Shown here: in pieces, positions 1 through 8,435 of the stretch
Layout of the letters: the number at the start of each line of letters is the position of its first letter
Position numbering within the stretch: position 1 is the stretch's first letter
Assembly (NCBI GenBank): GCA_050015495.1
Contig: JBEKBH010000001.1
Span: 171,717-235,716, forward strand
Direction: 5' to 3'
Source of the DNA: Verrucomicrobiia bacterium
GTDB taxonomy: Bacteria > Verrucomicrobiota > Verrucomicrobiia > Palsa-1439
DNA: 64,000 nt
The notes under the pieces: generated by a model
Database searches by the model: none
The model's input: only the letters and a program-made list of their open reading frames with translations
Told to the model about the DNA's origin: nothing
Position numbers and translations under genes: made by a program

Positions 1-212
1 ACGACCTCGTGGTGTTGCTCGTCGAATTTCTTGCTCAGCGCCGCGTGCGGTTCCTGCTCGCCGTGCCCGAAGATCTCCTCGTACATCCGCGCCACACGGT
101 CCGGCGTCTCGATCAATCCCTCGCGGTCGGGGTCTTCCCCGATCCCTTCGAGCAACAGCCGCACCGCTTCCCGAATCTTCTTCTTGTTAATCACTGGATG
201 ATGATCTGCCAT
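1..212 (-). CDS. folE: GTP cyclohydrolase I (FolE), N-terminal ~70 aa; the gene continues beyond the window start
   Basis: Minus-strand translation from the ATG at 212-210 reads [56 protein letters not shown]..., matching the conserved FolE N-terminus (EDPxREGLxxTPxRVAxMY). The + strand ORF 9..371 in the track is its antisense artefact. Confidence 0.8.
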   Translation of the reverse strand, partial: MADHHPVINKKKIREAVRLLLEGIGEDPDREGLIETPDRVARMYEEIFGHGEQEPHAALSKKFDEQHHEV

Positions 213-354
213 CGCGACCCTTTCAGCTTCCGCGAGCATAGCCCACGCACGCGCATTGGTCAATGCGTGTACAAACCGAGGATTGTAAGCCGCGTGCCCC
301 ACGCGGCGTGTGGTCAATGTACTTTAGCAAGCGGCAAGCGGCTCCAGACCAGTT

Positions 355-1173
355 TCATGGGGACGCCTTAAAGTTGATTGGAACATCTGGCGGAAATGGA
401 GTGGATACGTCCCTGTCGAAGAAAAGCTCCGCAATAAATGCAACACTCAGCAGGGCGCACAAGCACACCATGACGTTGAGTAAGATCGTCTGCGGTCTAT
501 CACGCTTGGGACTCCAAAAGAACACAAGAAACAGTGCGCCCAAAACCACGATTATTGAGACGGCCACACCCGCCGCCACTTTCCTAATAAACAACCTGAG
601 GTTATTGCTCTTAACATTCGCATCTCTAATCTCTCCGTTGCCTGAAAATGGCGACGTAAAGCCGACTGCAGCATTCGTATCGCCCATGAACATAATCTGA
701 ATTTGACATCCTCTGCCCGGATCAAAATGTTCCCATGACAAGCGAAGCGTCGATGTTGTTTTGTTCGTCTGAACGGCAGAAATGCTGAACTTGCATACAT
801 CAGGATCACTAACGCAATAGGCCACCGTCCAATCCAAGAGAATGTCGCCTTTTACAAGTAGCAACGACAACGGCCGTCGTACGTCCGAGGGCTCTATTGG
901 CATGGTTCCGCTATTCCAAAACTGAATTGATGTCACATATACATCATTTGTTATGGGCGTCTGGTCTCTTGCGAGAAGCCGCAACTTTGGAGAGCTAGAG
1001 GAACTGTCGAAAACCTTGGTGCGAGTGACAAAGCGATACGAGATTTCTCGACGTTGCTGAGTCTTGTAGTAAGCGAAGATGGTCAGCCCGATACTGTAGA
1101 CCGCCAGAATCAAATTCAGAATATAGGAGGGCTTCTTGAAATCAGCCCAATGTTCAGACCAGTTCATAGTCAT
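355..1173 (-). CDS. Hypothetical membrane protein with 3 predicted TM helices, encoded in a low-GC (~45%) segment and likely horizontally acquired
   Basis: 272-aa ORF. Hydrophobic stretches ILNLILAVYSIGLTIFAYY, VAVSIIVVLGALFLVFFW and LLNVMVCLCALLSVAFIAELFF. Marked AT-richness relative to the ~62% GC flanks. No recognisable catalytic motif. Confidence 0.55.
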   Translation of the reverse strand: MTMNWSEHWADFKKPSYILNLILAVYSIGLTIFAYYKTQQRREISYRFVTRTKVFDSSSSSPKLRLLARDQTPITNDVYVTSIQFWNSGTMPIEPSDVRRPLSLLLVKGDILLDWTVAYCVSDPDVCKFSISAVQTNKTTSTLRLSWEHFDPGRGCQIQIMFMGDTNAAVGFTSPFSGNGEIRDANVKSNNLRLFIRKVAAGVAVSIIVVLGALFLVFFWSPKRDRPQTILLNVMVCLCALLSVAFIAELFFDRDVSTPFPPDVPINFKASP

Positions 1174-1329
1174 ACCTGCCTACCCTCTTGCCCCGTCCAT
1201 ACTGAGTACTGCCTGATGGCACGCTATCTAATATGCGTCACCGGTTCAAGGACGCTTTGCGGCAGTGGCGATCGCTGCCGCCACTCTCCTGCCCTTTTCG
1301 AACTGGCCTCCAGAACTATTTGCCTTTAC

Positions 1330-1349
1330 ATATTCGCCTATGCGAATAT
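1330..1349. promoter_or_regulatory. 20-bp palindrome ATATTCGC-ctat-GCGAATAT, 34 bp upstream of arsC; candidate ArsR/SmtB-type operator
   Basis: Perfect 8-bp inverted arms with a 4-bp spacer, immediately upstream of the arsC-arsR operon start (1383). ArsR-family repressors autoregulate via inverted repeats overlapping the promoter. Confidence 0.4.
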
Positions 1350-1382
1350 ATTGTCCCGCATGAACGCCAACGCGAGCGAACC

Positions 1383-1814
1383 ATGAACAAGCAACGCGTC
1401 CTGTTCCTGTGCACCGGCAATTCGTGCCGAAGTCATATGGCCGAGGGATGGCTCCGGAAGCTCGGCGGTGATGACTTCGATGTCTTCAGCGCCGGGTCCA
1501 AACCCGCCGGGTACGTGCATCCGCTGGCCATCGAAGCCATGCGGGAAGTCGGCGCGGACATCTCGAAGCACCGCTCGAAGTCACTCGACGAATTCGCAGG
1601 CAAAACATTCGATTACGTCATCACCGTGTGCGACAACGCCCGCGACGCCTGCCCCGCGTTTCCGGGCGCCGCGCACCAGTTGCACTGGAGTTTCGACGAT
1701 CCCGCCCACGCGCCGGGCCCCGACGATGAGAAACGCCGCGTCTTCCGACGTGTCCGCGACGAAATTGAAAACCGCATCCGCCTCTTTCTTTCCGTTCAAA
1801 GGAAACATGGATAA
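1383..1814 (+). CDS. arsC: Arsenate reductase, LMW protein-tyrosine-phosphatase type (thioredoxin-coupled ArsC)
   Basis: MNKQRVLFLCTGNSCRSHMAEGW... contains the CX5R P-loop (CTGNSCRS) typical of LMW-PTP/ArsC, plus downstream Cys residues (VITVCDNARDACP) used by thioredoxin-coupled ArsC. Confidence 0.85.
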   Translation: MNKQRVLFLCTGNSCRSHMAEGWLRKLGGDDFDVFSAGSKPAGYVHPLAIEAMREVGADISKHRSKSLDEFAGKTFDYVITVCDNARDACPAFPGAAHQLHWSFDDPAHAPGPDDEKRRVFRRVRDEIENRIRLFLSVQRKHG

Positions 1815-2142
1815 ACCCAACCAACTCTTCAAAGCGTTCTCCGACGAGACACGCCTGCGAATCTTGAACCTGCTGGCGCAGCGTGACCACTGCGTCTGCG
1901 AGTTTCAGGCGATCCTCCGCGTGCCGCAGCCGCGGATTTCGCGGCACCTCGCCTACCTGCGCCGCTCGGGCCTCGTCACCGTCAGCAAGTGCGGCAAATG
2001 GGCCACGTACGGCCTCGCCAAACCCCGGAACAACGTTCACGCCGCCCTGCTCCGTTGCGTGGGAGGTTGTTTCTCCAACATCGATTTCCTCCAGCGCGAC
2101 ATCGCCCGCGGACGCAAACTGAAGCGTGTCCGCTGCCAATGA
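1807..2142 (+). CDS. arsR: ArsR/SmtB family transcriptional repressor
   Basis: MDKPNQLFKAFSDETRLRILNLLAQRDHCVCEFQAILRVPQPRISRHLAYLRRSGLV: wHTH with a CVC metal(loid)-binding motif. Overlaps the arsC stop by 8 bp (operon). Confidence 0.85.
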   Translation: MDKPNQLFKAFSDETRLRILNLLAQRDHCVCEFQAILRVPQPRISRHLAYLRRSGLVTVSKCGKWATYGLAKPRNNVHAALLRCVGGCFSNIDFLQRDIARGRKLKRVRCQ

Positions 2143-2195
2143 CCAAGAGAACTCTTTTTGCCAAGAACCTAATAGGCGCGACACGACTGAAAAAT

Positions 2196-2486
2196 GAACC
2201 CTCACCCTGACCCTCTCCCTTCAAAAGGGCGAGGGAACGCGCTCCGTCTCCCCTCCCCTCGTGCGGGGGGAGCCGAGTCTTCGAGACGCTCCGAACCTCC
2301 GGACCGGAATTCGGAGCAAAGGATTAAGGTGAGGGCGCAAAACACAGATCTCCTCTCCCCTTGGGGGAATCGAGTCGGACGAGAAGCCGCTGGTCGTCCC
2401 GAGGCGGCAAAGGATTAGGGTGAAGGGGTACAGAACGGATCTCTTCTCCCCTCGGGGGAGAGGATTAAGGTGAGGGGTTAGCCCGT
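2196..2486. repeat. Cluster of about three degenerate copies of a GC-rich MITE-like palindromic element (one full ~140-bp copy plus truncated copies)
   Basis: Unit begins AACCCTCACC(C/T)TGACCCT and ends AGGATTAAGGTGAGGG (terminal inverted repeats), with an internal palindrome CTCTCCCCTCGGGGGAGAG. A related full copy lies at 3657-3795. The ORF 2194..2418 of the track is a translation artefact of this repeat. Confidence 0.5.
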
Positions 2487-2552
2487 TACATTAAACATGG
2501 TGAAACACCTGCGGGCAGCAACATTCACCGAATCAACGAAAGCACAATCGAC

Positions 2553-3674
2553 ATGAGCAAGGGAATCACCGGCAAACTTTCATTCCTGGACCGCTACCTG
2601 ACGTTGTGGATTTTTCTGGCAATGGGCGCGGGCGTGGCGCTCGGCTATTTCGTCCCAGGCACCCAGTCGTTCATCAACCGGTTCCAGGTCGGCACGACCA
2701 ACATCCCCATCGCCGTCGGCTTGATCCTGATGATGTACCCGCCGCTGGCGAAAGTGAAATACGAGGAACTCGGCGACGTGTTTCGCAATTGGAAAATCCT
2801 CGGCCTGTCGCTCGTGCAAAACTGGGTGATCGGCCCCGTGCTGATGTTCGCGCTGGCGATCGTCTTTCTCCACAATTACCCGGAGTACATGGTCGGCCTG
2901 ATCCTGATCGGTCTCGCCCGCTGCATCGCGATGGTCATCGTCTGGAACGAACTCGCCAAAGGCGACACCGAATACTGCGCCGGGCTGGTCGCATTCAACA
3001 GCGTGTTTCAGGTGTTGTTCTACAGCTTGTTCGCGTGGGTGTTCATCACCAAACTGCCGCCACTATTCGGCCTGCACGGCAGCGTGGTTGACGTGAGCAT
3101 GGGCCAGATCGCCCGCAGCGTGTTCGTCTACCTCGGCATCCCGTTCCTGGCGGGCATGATCAGCCGGTTCGTCGGCCTGAACACTAGGGGCCGCGAATGG
3201 TACGAGAAATCGTTCATCCCCCGCATCAGTCCCATCACGCTCATCGCGCTGCTGTTCACCATCCTCGTGATGTTCAGCCTCAAAGGCGACCGGATCGTCC
3301 GCATCCCGCTCGACGTGCTGCGCATCGCCGTGCCGCTCCTGATCTACTTCGTCGTGATGTTTCTCGTGAGTTTCTGGCTCGGCAGGAAGATCGGCGCCGA
3401 TTACTCCAAGACCGCCACCTTGTCCTTCACCGCCGCCAGCAACAATTTTGAACTGGCCATCGCCGTGGCCGTCGCCGTGTTTGGGATCAATTCCGGCGTG
3501 GCGTTCGCGGCGGTGATCGGCCCGCTCATCGAGGTGCCCGCGCTCATCGTGCTGGTGAACGTCGCCCTCTGGTTCCAGCGACGCTACTTCGGCGAGATGG
3601 TCGAAACGGCGTCGCCAGCGTGCCAGATTAGTTGCTCTTGTGCGCCACAACCGGAAAACGAACCCTCACCTTGA
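2553..3674 (+). CDS. acr3: ACR3-family arsenite efflux permease
   Basis: 373-aa polytopic membrane protein ([36 protein letters not shown]... ~10 TM) in an ars gene context. The last codons and the stop (EPSP*) lie inside the repeat copy at 3657-3795. Confidence 0.9.
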   Translation: MSKGITGKLSFLDRYLTLWIFLAMGAGVALGYFVPGTQSFINRFQVGTTNIPIAVGLILMMYPPLAKVKYEELGDVFRNWKILGLSLVQNWVIGPVLMFALAIVFLHNYPEYMVGLILIGLARCIAMVIVWNELAKGDTEYCAGLVAFNSVFQVLFYSLFAWVFITKLPPLFGLHGSVVDVSMGQIARSVFVYLGIPFLAGMISRFVGLNTRGREWYEKSFIPRISPITLIALLFTILVMFSLKGDRIVRIPLDVLRIAVPLLIYFVVMFLVSFWLGRKIGADYSKTATLSFTAASNNFELAIAVAVAVFGINSGVAFAAVIGPLIEVPALIVLVNVALWFQRRYFGEMVETASPACQISCSCAPQPENEPSP

Positions 3675-3795
3675 CCCTTTGCGGCCCAGGCACGACGTGG
3701 CCGCGTCTCGTCCGACTCGGCTCCCCTTATGAAGGGCGAGGGAAACGCACTTCGTCTCCTCTCCCCTCGGGGGAGAGGATTAAGGTGAGGGGGTG
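3657..3795. repeat. Full-length copy of the same MITE-like element, overlapping the 3' end of acr3
   Basis: GAACCCTCACCTTGACCCT ... CTCTCCCCTCGGGGGAGAGGATTAAGGTGAGGG. Same terminal inverted repeats and internal palindrome as at 2196-2486. Confidence 0.55.
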
Positions 3796-3821
3796 CCCGT
3801 CAACTGAAGTTCGACAAGACG

Positions 3822-5147
3822 CTACTTGCCTTTCCGCGCGGCCTGACCCGACTCCCAGAGGTCGAGAAACGACGGCTCCGACGATTGCACAATCGTGACG
3901 TGCTTGCCGTCGCGATGGATGCGCAGGTTCGCCGCGAACGGTCCGCCCCGTTGTTCCTCCGCCTTCTTGTACGCGTCGGCGAATTCGCCCGCCTGTTGTT
4001 CGTCCGCCCACGCGGTCGCCCAGACCAGCGCGGTAGGCCCGTTCGTGCCCTGCTCGTAAACATGATAGCGGTCGCCGTTCCAACCCTGCGCCAGCACCTG
4101 GGCATCGTACGCGCCCATCCCCTGCTTCAACAGGAAGCCCGTGCCGAATTCGCCAAGGTTGTTGCTCCCGATCAACCGCCAGTCGTTCGACTCCAGCGGC
4201 GGCGGCTCGACGTGCTCGGGCGCGGCGCGATGTTGCAGGAAGAGTTCGGGATGTAGAATATCCCTCGTGGTGGTCGGCGGATTGCGGAACGCCGCGTCGA
4301 TGGCCGCCGTCCCGCCGGACTCATACAGCGACATGGCAAACTGTTGACCCTGCTGGTACGGGAACATCAGCAACTCCTGCAAATACGGCGGCGCGGCGCG
4401 CAGCGCGGTGGTGTTCTGGCCGAGCATCGCGCCCAAATCGCCGAGCATCTTGCTCGGGTCGATGTTCTCGACGTACCACCGCGTCATCAGCACGGTGGCG
4501 TCGCCTTCGACGAGCGCTGACGTGGCCAGGGCCAGATCGTCGTTGTCCTTGATCTTGAGCGGAAACTTCTGGAGATCGAAGTTCTGGTCCTGGAGCGCGT
4601 GGGTCAATTCATGCGACAGCAGCATCTTGTCGAGATTGCTGGAAAACACCAGGTCCTTGAACGTGTACAGCGCCCGCTCTTCGGGAACGTAAAACGCCGC
4701 CACCTGTTCGCCGTACAAACTCACCAGCACCTTCAGCAGATCCGTCCCCTCGGGGATCAATCCGAACGCCGCCAGCGACCGGCTGTAATCGCGCAGTTGC
4801 TGCTCGGTGTATTGCTCCTTGACCTTGCCGGCGAGCACCTGCTTCAGTTCGCGGCGCTCGATGATCTTGTAGTTGACGGGGCTCTTGAACGACAGGCCGC
4901 GCAATGCGCTGGTCTGCCGCTCGATCTGCTGGCGGTCCACCGTACCCTCTTCGGGTTTCGGGGCGCGTTCGGCGGACGACACCTGGCGCTGCAGGTCGCG
5001 CCGCTGTTGTTCGAGCTGCGCAATCTCACCGCGCAACTCGGCCTCGTTCTGCCGCAATCGGAAATTGTCCCAACCAGCCAAGCCGAGCGCGACGAGAGCG
5101 GCAAAGAATATCAACGTGGGAAAAGACTTTTTCATTGGTAGGCTCAT
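3822..5147 (-). CDS. Membrane-anchored HExxH-motif protein (putative zinc metallopeptidase) with an N-terminal coiled coil
   Basis: N-terminal TM/signal anchor (MSLPMKKSFPTLIFFAALVALGLAG), a heptad-rich segment (RQNEAELRGEIAQLEQQRRDLQRQV), an HELTHALQDQ HExxH motif and a downstream Glu-rich region. The track ORF begins at a TTG (5174). The ATGs at 5147 or 5135 are more plausible starts. Confidence 0.55.
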   Translation of the reverse strand: MSLPMKKSFPTLIFFAALVALGLAGWDNFRLRQNEAELRGEIAQLEQQRRDLQRQVSSAERAPKPEEGTVDRQQIERQTSALRGLSFKSPVNYKIIERRELKQVLAGKVKEQYTEQQLRDYSRSLAAFGLIPEGTDLLKVLVSLYGEQVAAFYVPEERALYTFKDLVFSSNLDKMLLSHELTHALQDQNFDLQKFPLKIKDNDDLALATSALVEGDATVLMTRWYVENIDPSKMLGDLGAMLGQNTTALRAAPPYLQELLMFPYQQGQQFAMSLYESGGTAAIDAAFRNPPTTTRDILHPELFLQHRAAPEHVEPPPLESNDWRLIGSNNLGEFGTGFLLKQGMGAYDAQVLAQGWNGDRYHVYEQGTNGPTALVWATAWADEQQAGEFADAYKKAEEQRGGPFAANLRIHRDGKHVTIVQSSEPSFLDLWESGQAARKGK

Positions 5148-5176
5148 CGGCCCGTGGTACCGTGCCGCGAACAATA

Positions 5177-7315
5177 ATGGACATCCGCCAGAAAATCCAG
5201 ACGCTTCTCGCCACGCCGAACTATCATCCGCTCCGCCGCGATGAACTCGCCGGCAAACTCCGCCTCAACGCCGCCGAACGGCGCGATTTCCGGCGGGTGC
5301 TCGCCGAAATGCTGGAAAAGGGCGAAGTCGTCCGCGTCCGCACCGACCGGTTCGTCCTCCCGCACGATGCCGATCTCGTCGTGGGCACGATCGAGTTTCA
5401 TCCAAACGGGTTTGCGTTTGTGCGGCCCGAACCCCGCGCCGACGCGGCGCCGGACGCCGAGCCGCCCCCCGACGTGTACGTCGCGGGAGAAGACACCTCG
5501 GTGGCCCTGAACAACGACAAGGTCGTCGTCCGCCTCCATCGGGACCGGAGGAAATTCAAGTCGGTCGACAAACCGTCGGGCCAGGTGATTCGGATTCTGG
5601 AGCGGGCCAGCGACACGATTGTCGGTACCCTGCAGAAGGGCCGTCACGTCCACTACGTCATTCCCGACGATCCGCGCATGCCGCACGACGTGTACACCAA
5701 GCCCGCGCGCAACGCCCAGATCGGCGACAAGGTCGTCGTCAAACTGGCCGAATGGACCTCGCGCCACGTCAACCCCGAAGGCGAGATCGTTGAGATTCTC
5801 GGTAAAGCCGACGCTCCCGGCGTCGATATTCTCGCCATCATCCGCACCTATCACCTGCCGACGAAGTTTTCCGACCCGACGCTGGCGGAAGCCGCCCGCA
5901 TCCCCGAGAAAATCTCCGCGACGGAGTATCAGCACCGTCTCGACCTGCGCAGATCGTTTGTCGTCACCATCGATCCCGACGACGCGAAGGATTTCGATGA
6001 CGCGGTAAGCGTCGAGGAACTGCCCGGCGGCGGCTGGCGGCTCGGGGTGCACATCGCCGATGCGTCGCATTATGTCCAGCCCGACGGAGCGCTCGACCGC
6101 GAAGCGCGCGCCCGCGGCAACAGCGTCTACCTCGTGGATCGGGTGCTGCCGATGTTGCCGGAGAAGTTGTCGAACAACCTGTGCAGCCTGCGGCCCGATG
6201 AGGATCGTCTCACCCAATCGGTCTTCATCGAATTCACCCCCAAACTGGCCACGCGCAAGACCGAGTTCGCGCTGAGCGTCATTCGCTCGCGCCATCGGCT
6301 GACGTACAAAGAAGCGTTTGCCCACCTGCAAGCGAAAGACGACAAGGACGAGCTGACGCGCGAGTTGAAGAAGATGTGGCGACTGGCGTCGCAGTTGCGT
6401 CAGCAACGGTTTGGCCACGGCTCGCTGAACCTGGAATTTCCGGAGGTGAAGGTCCGCCTCGACAAGCATGGCCGGCCCACGCACATCGAGAAAATCTACT
6501 ACGATATTTCGCATCAGCTCATCGAGGAGTTCATGCTGGCGGCCAACGAGGCCGTCGCCCGCCATATTTGCCAGTTGCAGGTCCCGTGCGTGTATCGGAT
6601 CCATGAGGACCCCGATCTGGAGAAACTGCGCGACTTCCGCGTGTACGCCCAGAGTTTCGGCTACAAGGTCGGCGACGTAACGCACCGCCAGGAACTCCAG
6701 AAGATTTTGAAGCAGGTCGAAGATAAACCGGAAGCGTACGCCATCAACCTGAACCTGCTGCGGTCGTTGAAGCAGGCGCGGTATTCCGTTACGCCCGTGG
6801 GGCACTACGGCCTAGCCAAGAAATTCTACACGCATTTCACGTCGCCCATCCGCCGCTACGCCGACTTGATGGTGCACCGAACGTTGTTTTCCCTGCTGCA
6901 ATCGGCCGGGGCCAATCCCCGCCGCTACAGCATCCAGGAGTTGACGCGCGTTGCCGACCACATTTCGAAGACCGAACGGGTCGCCGCCGACGCGGAAAAG
7001 GAATCGGTCGAACTCAAGAAGCTGGAATATTTCCAGTTGAAGCTCGATCGCGGGGAAACGGAAGACATGGAGGCCGTGGTTTGCACCGTGCGAAACTTCG
7101 GGTTCTTCGTGGAACTCCCCGAAAGCCTGATGCAGGGGCTCGTTCACATCTCCAGGCTCGGGGATGATTTTTACACCTACGACGAGCGACGGGAATGCCT
7201 TGTTGGCCGACGGAACAAGCGTGTGATCAAGGTCGGCGACCGACTCATCGTCCAATTGGAACGCGTCGACCTCATCAAAAGACAAATCGATTTCCGGGTC
7301 GTTCCACGGCGATAG
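5177..7315 (+). CDS. rnr: Ribonuclease R (RNB-family 3'-5' exoribonuclease with a C-terminal S1 domain)
   Basis: MDIRQKIQTLLATPNYHPLRRDELAGKL... winged-helix N-terminus, then the RNB catalytic region ([13 protein letters not shown]), and an S1 domain (CTVRNFGFFVELPESLMQGLVHIS). The track ORF 4904..7315 includes a spurious upstream extension. Confidence 0.9.
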   Translation: MDIRQKIQTLLATPNYHPLRRDELAGKLRLNAAERRDFRRVLAEMLEKGEVVRVRTDRFVLPHDADLVVGTIEFHPNGFAFVRPEPRADAAPDAEPPPDVYVAGEDTSVALNNDKVVVRLHRDRRKFKSVDKPSGQVIRILERASDTIVGTLQKGRHVHYVIPDDPRMPHDVYTKPARNAQIGDKVVVKLAEWTSRHVNPEGEIVEILGKADAPGVDILAIIRTYHLPTKFSDPTLAEAARIPEKISATEYQHRLDLRRSFVVTIDPDDAKDFDDAVSVEELPGGGWRLGVHIADASHYVQPDGALDREARARGNSVYLVDRVLPMLPEKLSNNLCSLRPDEDRLTQSVFIEFTPKLATRKTEFALSVIRSRHRLTYKEAFAHLQAKDDKDELTRELKKMWRLASQLRQQRFGHGSLNLEFPEVKVRLDKHGRPTHIEKIYYDISHQLIEEFMLAANEAVARHICQLQVPCVYRIHEDPDLEKLRDFRVYAQSFGYKVGDVTHRQELQKILKQVEDKPEAYAINLNLLRSLKQARYSVTPVGHYGLAKKFYTHFTSPIRRYADLMVHRTLFSLLQSAGANPRRYSIQELTRVADHISKTERVAADAEKESVELKKLEYFQLKLDRGETEDMEAVVCTVRNFGFFVELPESLMQGLVHISRLGDDFYTYDERRECLVGRRNKRVIKVGDRLIVQLERVDLIKRQIDFRVVPRR

Positions 7316-7407
7316 CCGTGCTTCTTGGGCTTTTCTGGCTCTCTTCGCGTCCGTCGTTCTCGATGGAAGTGGCTGATTTGCAATCGGTACTATCTTCAGT
7401 TAAGTGC

Positions 7408-7436
7408 TTGACACCAAATCTGTAGCTCACTAGAAT
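7408..7436 (+). promoter_or_regulatory. Sigma-70-like promoter TTGACA-N17-TAGAAT upstream of the PEP-CTERM gene
   Basis: TTGACA at 7408-7413, 17-nt spacer, TAGAAT at 7431-7436. An AGGAAAG Shine-Dalgarno lies 8 nt before the ATG at 7528. The region is AT-rich relative to the genome. Confidence 0.45.
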
Positions 7437-7527
7437 ATCGCCACGGTGTGTAGTAACCCTCATTGAGGGTAGTAGTTGGTGTTTCGACATGGTTGGCGAG
7501 TAGAGTTTTTGAGGAAAGTGATTATTT

Positions 7528-8298
7528 ATGGGCGCAATCAGGGGTAAAGCGAGTAAACTATTCGGCAGTCTCGTGTTGGTTGTGCTGCTGGGAGCCTTCT
7601 CTTCTTCCGTTCAAGCGCTCGTCCCTGTCACCAACCTCACCAACGGCGGCTCGATTAATTTCTCTAATCTTGTTGCACCCAGCACGCTCCTCGTCCAGGT
7701 CGGCGACAAGCTCTTCGGCAACTTCGGGTTCCAGTACACGGATACAACCGGAAATACGAACGATTATCTTGTTGCATCCGACCTCGTCTTGTCTGCGCTC
7801 TCCAATACGGACGGATTCGGTGTTTCCATCCAAGTGCCTCTTGTCGCCCAGGGCGCCGTGACCAAAGACCTGACTCTGGAATTCTCGGCCCAGGTGGTGA
7901 ATCCAACTACGATGATGATATCGGATGTGCAACTGCAAGTCGTTGGCAGCGCCAGTGGGCTGGGAGTGGCAAACGTCGCGGAAACCATCTCCACAGAGGG
8001 GTTTGGCTCCGGGGCCATAGCGAATCTCGCCGTAAACTTCGGTGCCAGTGGCGCCACTCCTCCCGGCGGAACGGACACCGTGACGCTGAGCGCACCACAG
8101 TCCATGATTTGGATCACGAAGGACGTGATCGTTTCTGGCGACCCGGATGGTTACCCCGAAACCAATCCGTCCCAAGACGTCGGGACGATCAGTGTAATCG
8201 ACCAGACGTTTTCACAGGTACAGGTTCCCGAGCCCAGCACGATGGCCCTTTTGGGAGCGGGACTGGCGGGACTCCTGATCGTGAGACGCCGCAAATAG
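7528..8298 (+). CDS. PEP-CTERM sorting-domain secreted protein (exosortase substrate)
   Basis: N-terminal signal peptide (LFGSLVLVVLLGAFSSSVQA). C-terminal VPEPSTMALLGAGLAGLLIVRRRK is a PEP motif plus TM helix plus basic tail. Lower GC than the surroundings. Confidence 0.8.
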   Translation: MGAIRGKASKLFGSLVLVVLLGAFSSSVQALVPVTNLTNGGSINFSNLVAPSTLLVQVGDKLFGNFGFQYTDTTGNTNDYLVASDLVLSALSNTDGFGVSIQVPLVAQGAVTKDLTLEFSAQVVNPTTMMISDVQLQVVGSASGLGVANVAETISTEGFGSGAIANLAVNFGASGATPPGGTDTVTLSAPQSMIWITKDVIVSGDPDGYPETNPSQDVGTISVIDQTFSQVQVPEPSTMALLGAGLAGLLIVRRRK

Positions 8299-8318
8299 AC
8301 CGGCAAGACTTCTCATCG

Positions 8319-8352
8319 ACGCCCGGCCAGTCACCTTGGCCGGGCGTTTTGC
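8319..8352 (+). terminator. Rho-independent terminator downstream of the PEP-CTERM gene
   Basis: CGCCCGGCC-agtcacctt-GGCCGGGCG followed by TTTTGC. A GC-rich 9-bp stem with a T tract. Confidence 0.5.
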
Positions 8353-8435
8353 TTCTCGCGAGCGCACTTCCTCCGCGGGGGCCATGCCTGCGGTTGGCTT
8401 GACCCCCACCGCCGCCTGCGGCAGTATACGACTAC

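Noticed and set aside
9-371. 120-aa + strand ORF at the window start
   Set aside because: The opposite strand encodes a clear FolE N-terminus. The + ORF has no features.
2194-2418. 74-aa ORF (PDPLPSKGRGNALRLPSP...)
   Set aside because: Translation of the MITE-like palindromic repeat. Such PLPxKGRG peptides are classic repeat artefacts.
5144-6805. 553-aa minus-strand ORF
   Set aside because: Antisense to the well-supported rnr gene. Arg/Gly/Asp-rich with no motif. A typical high-GC antisense artefact.
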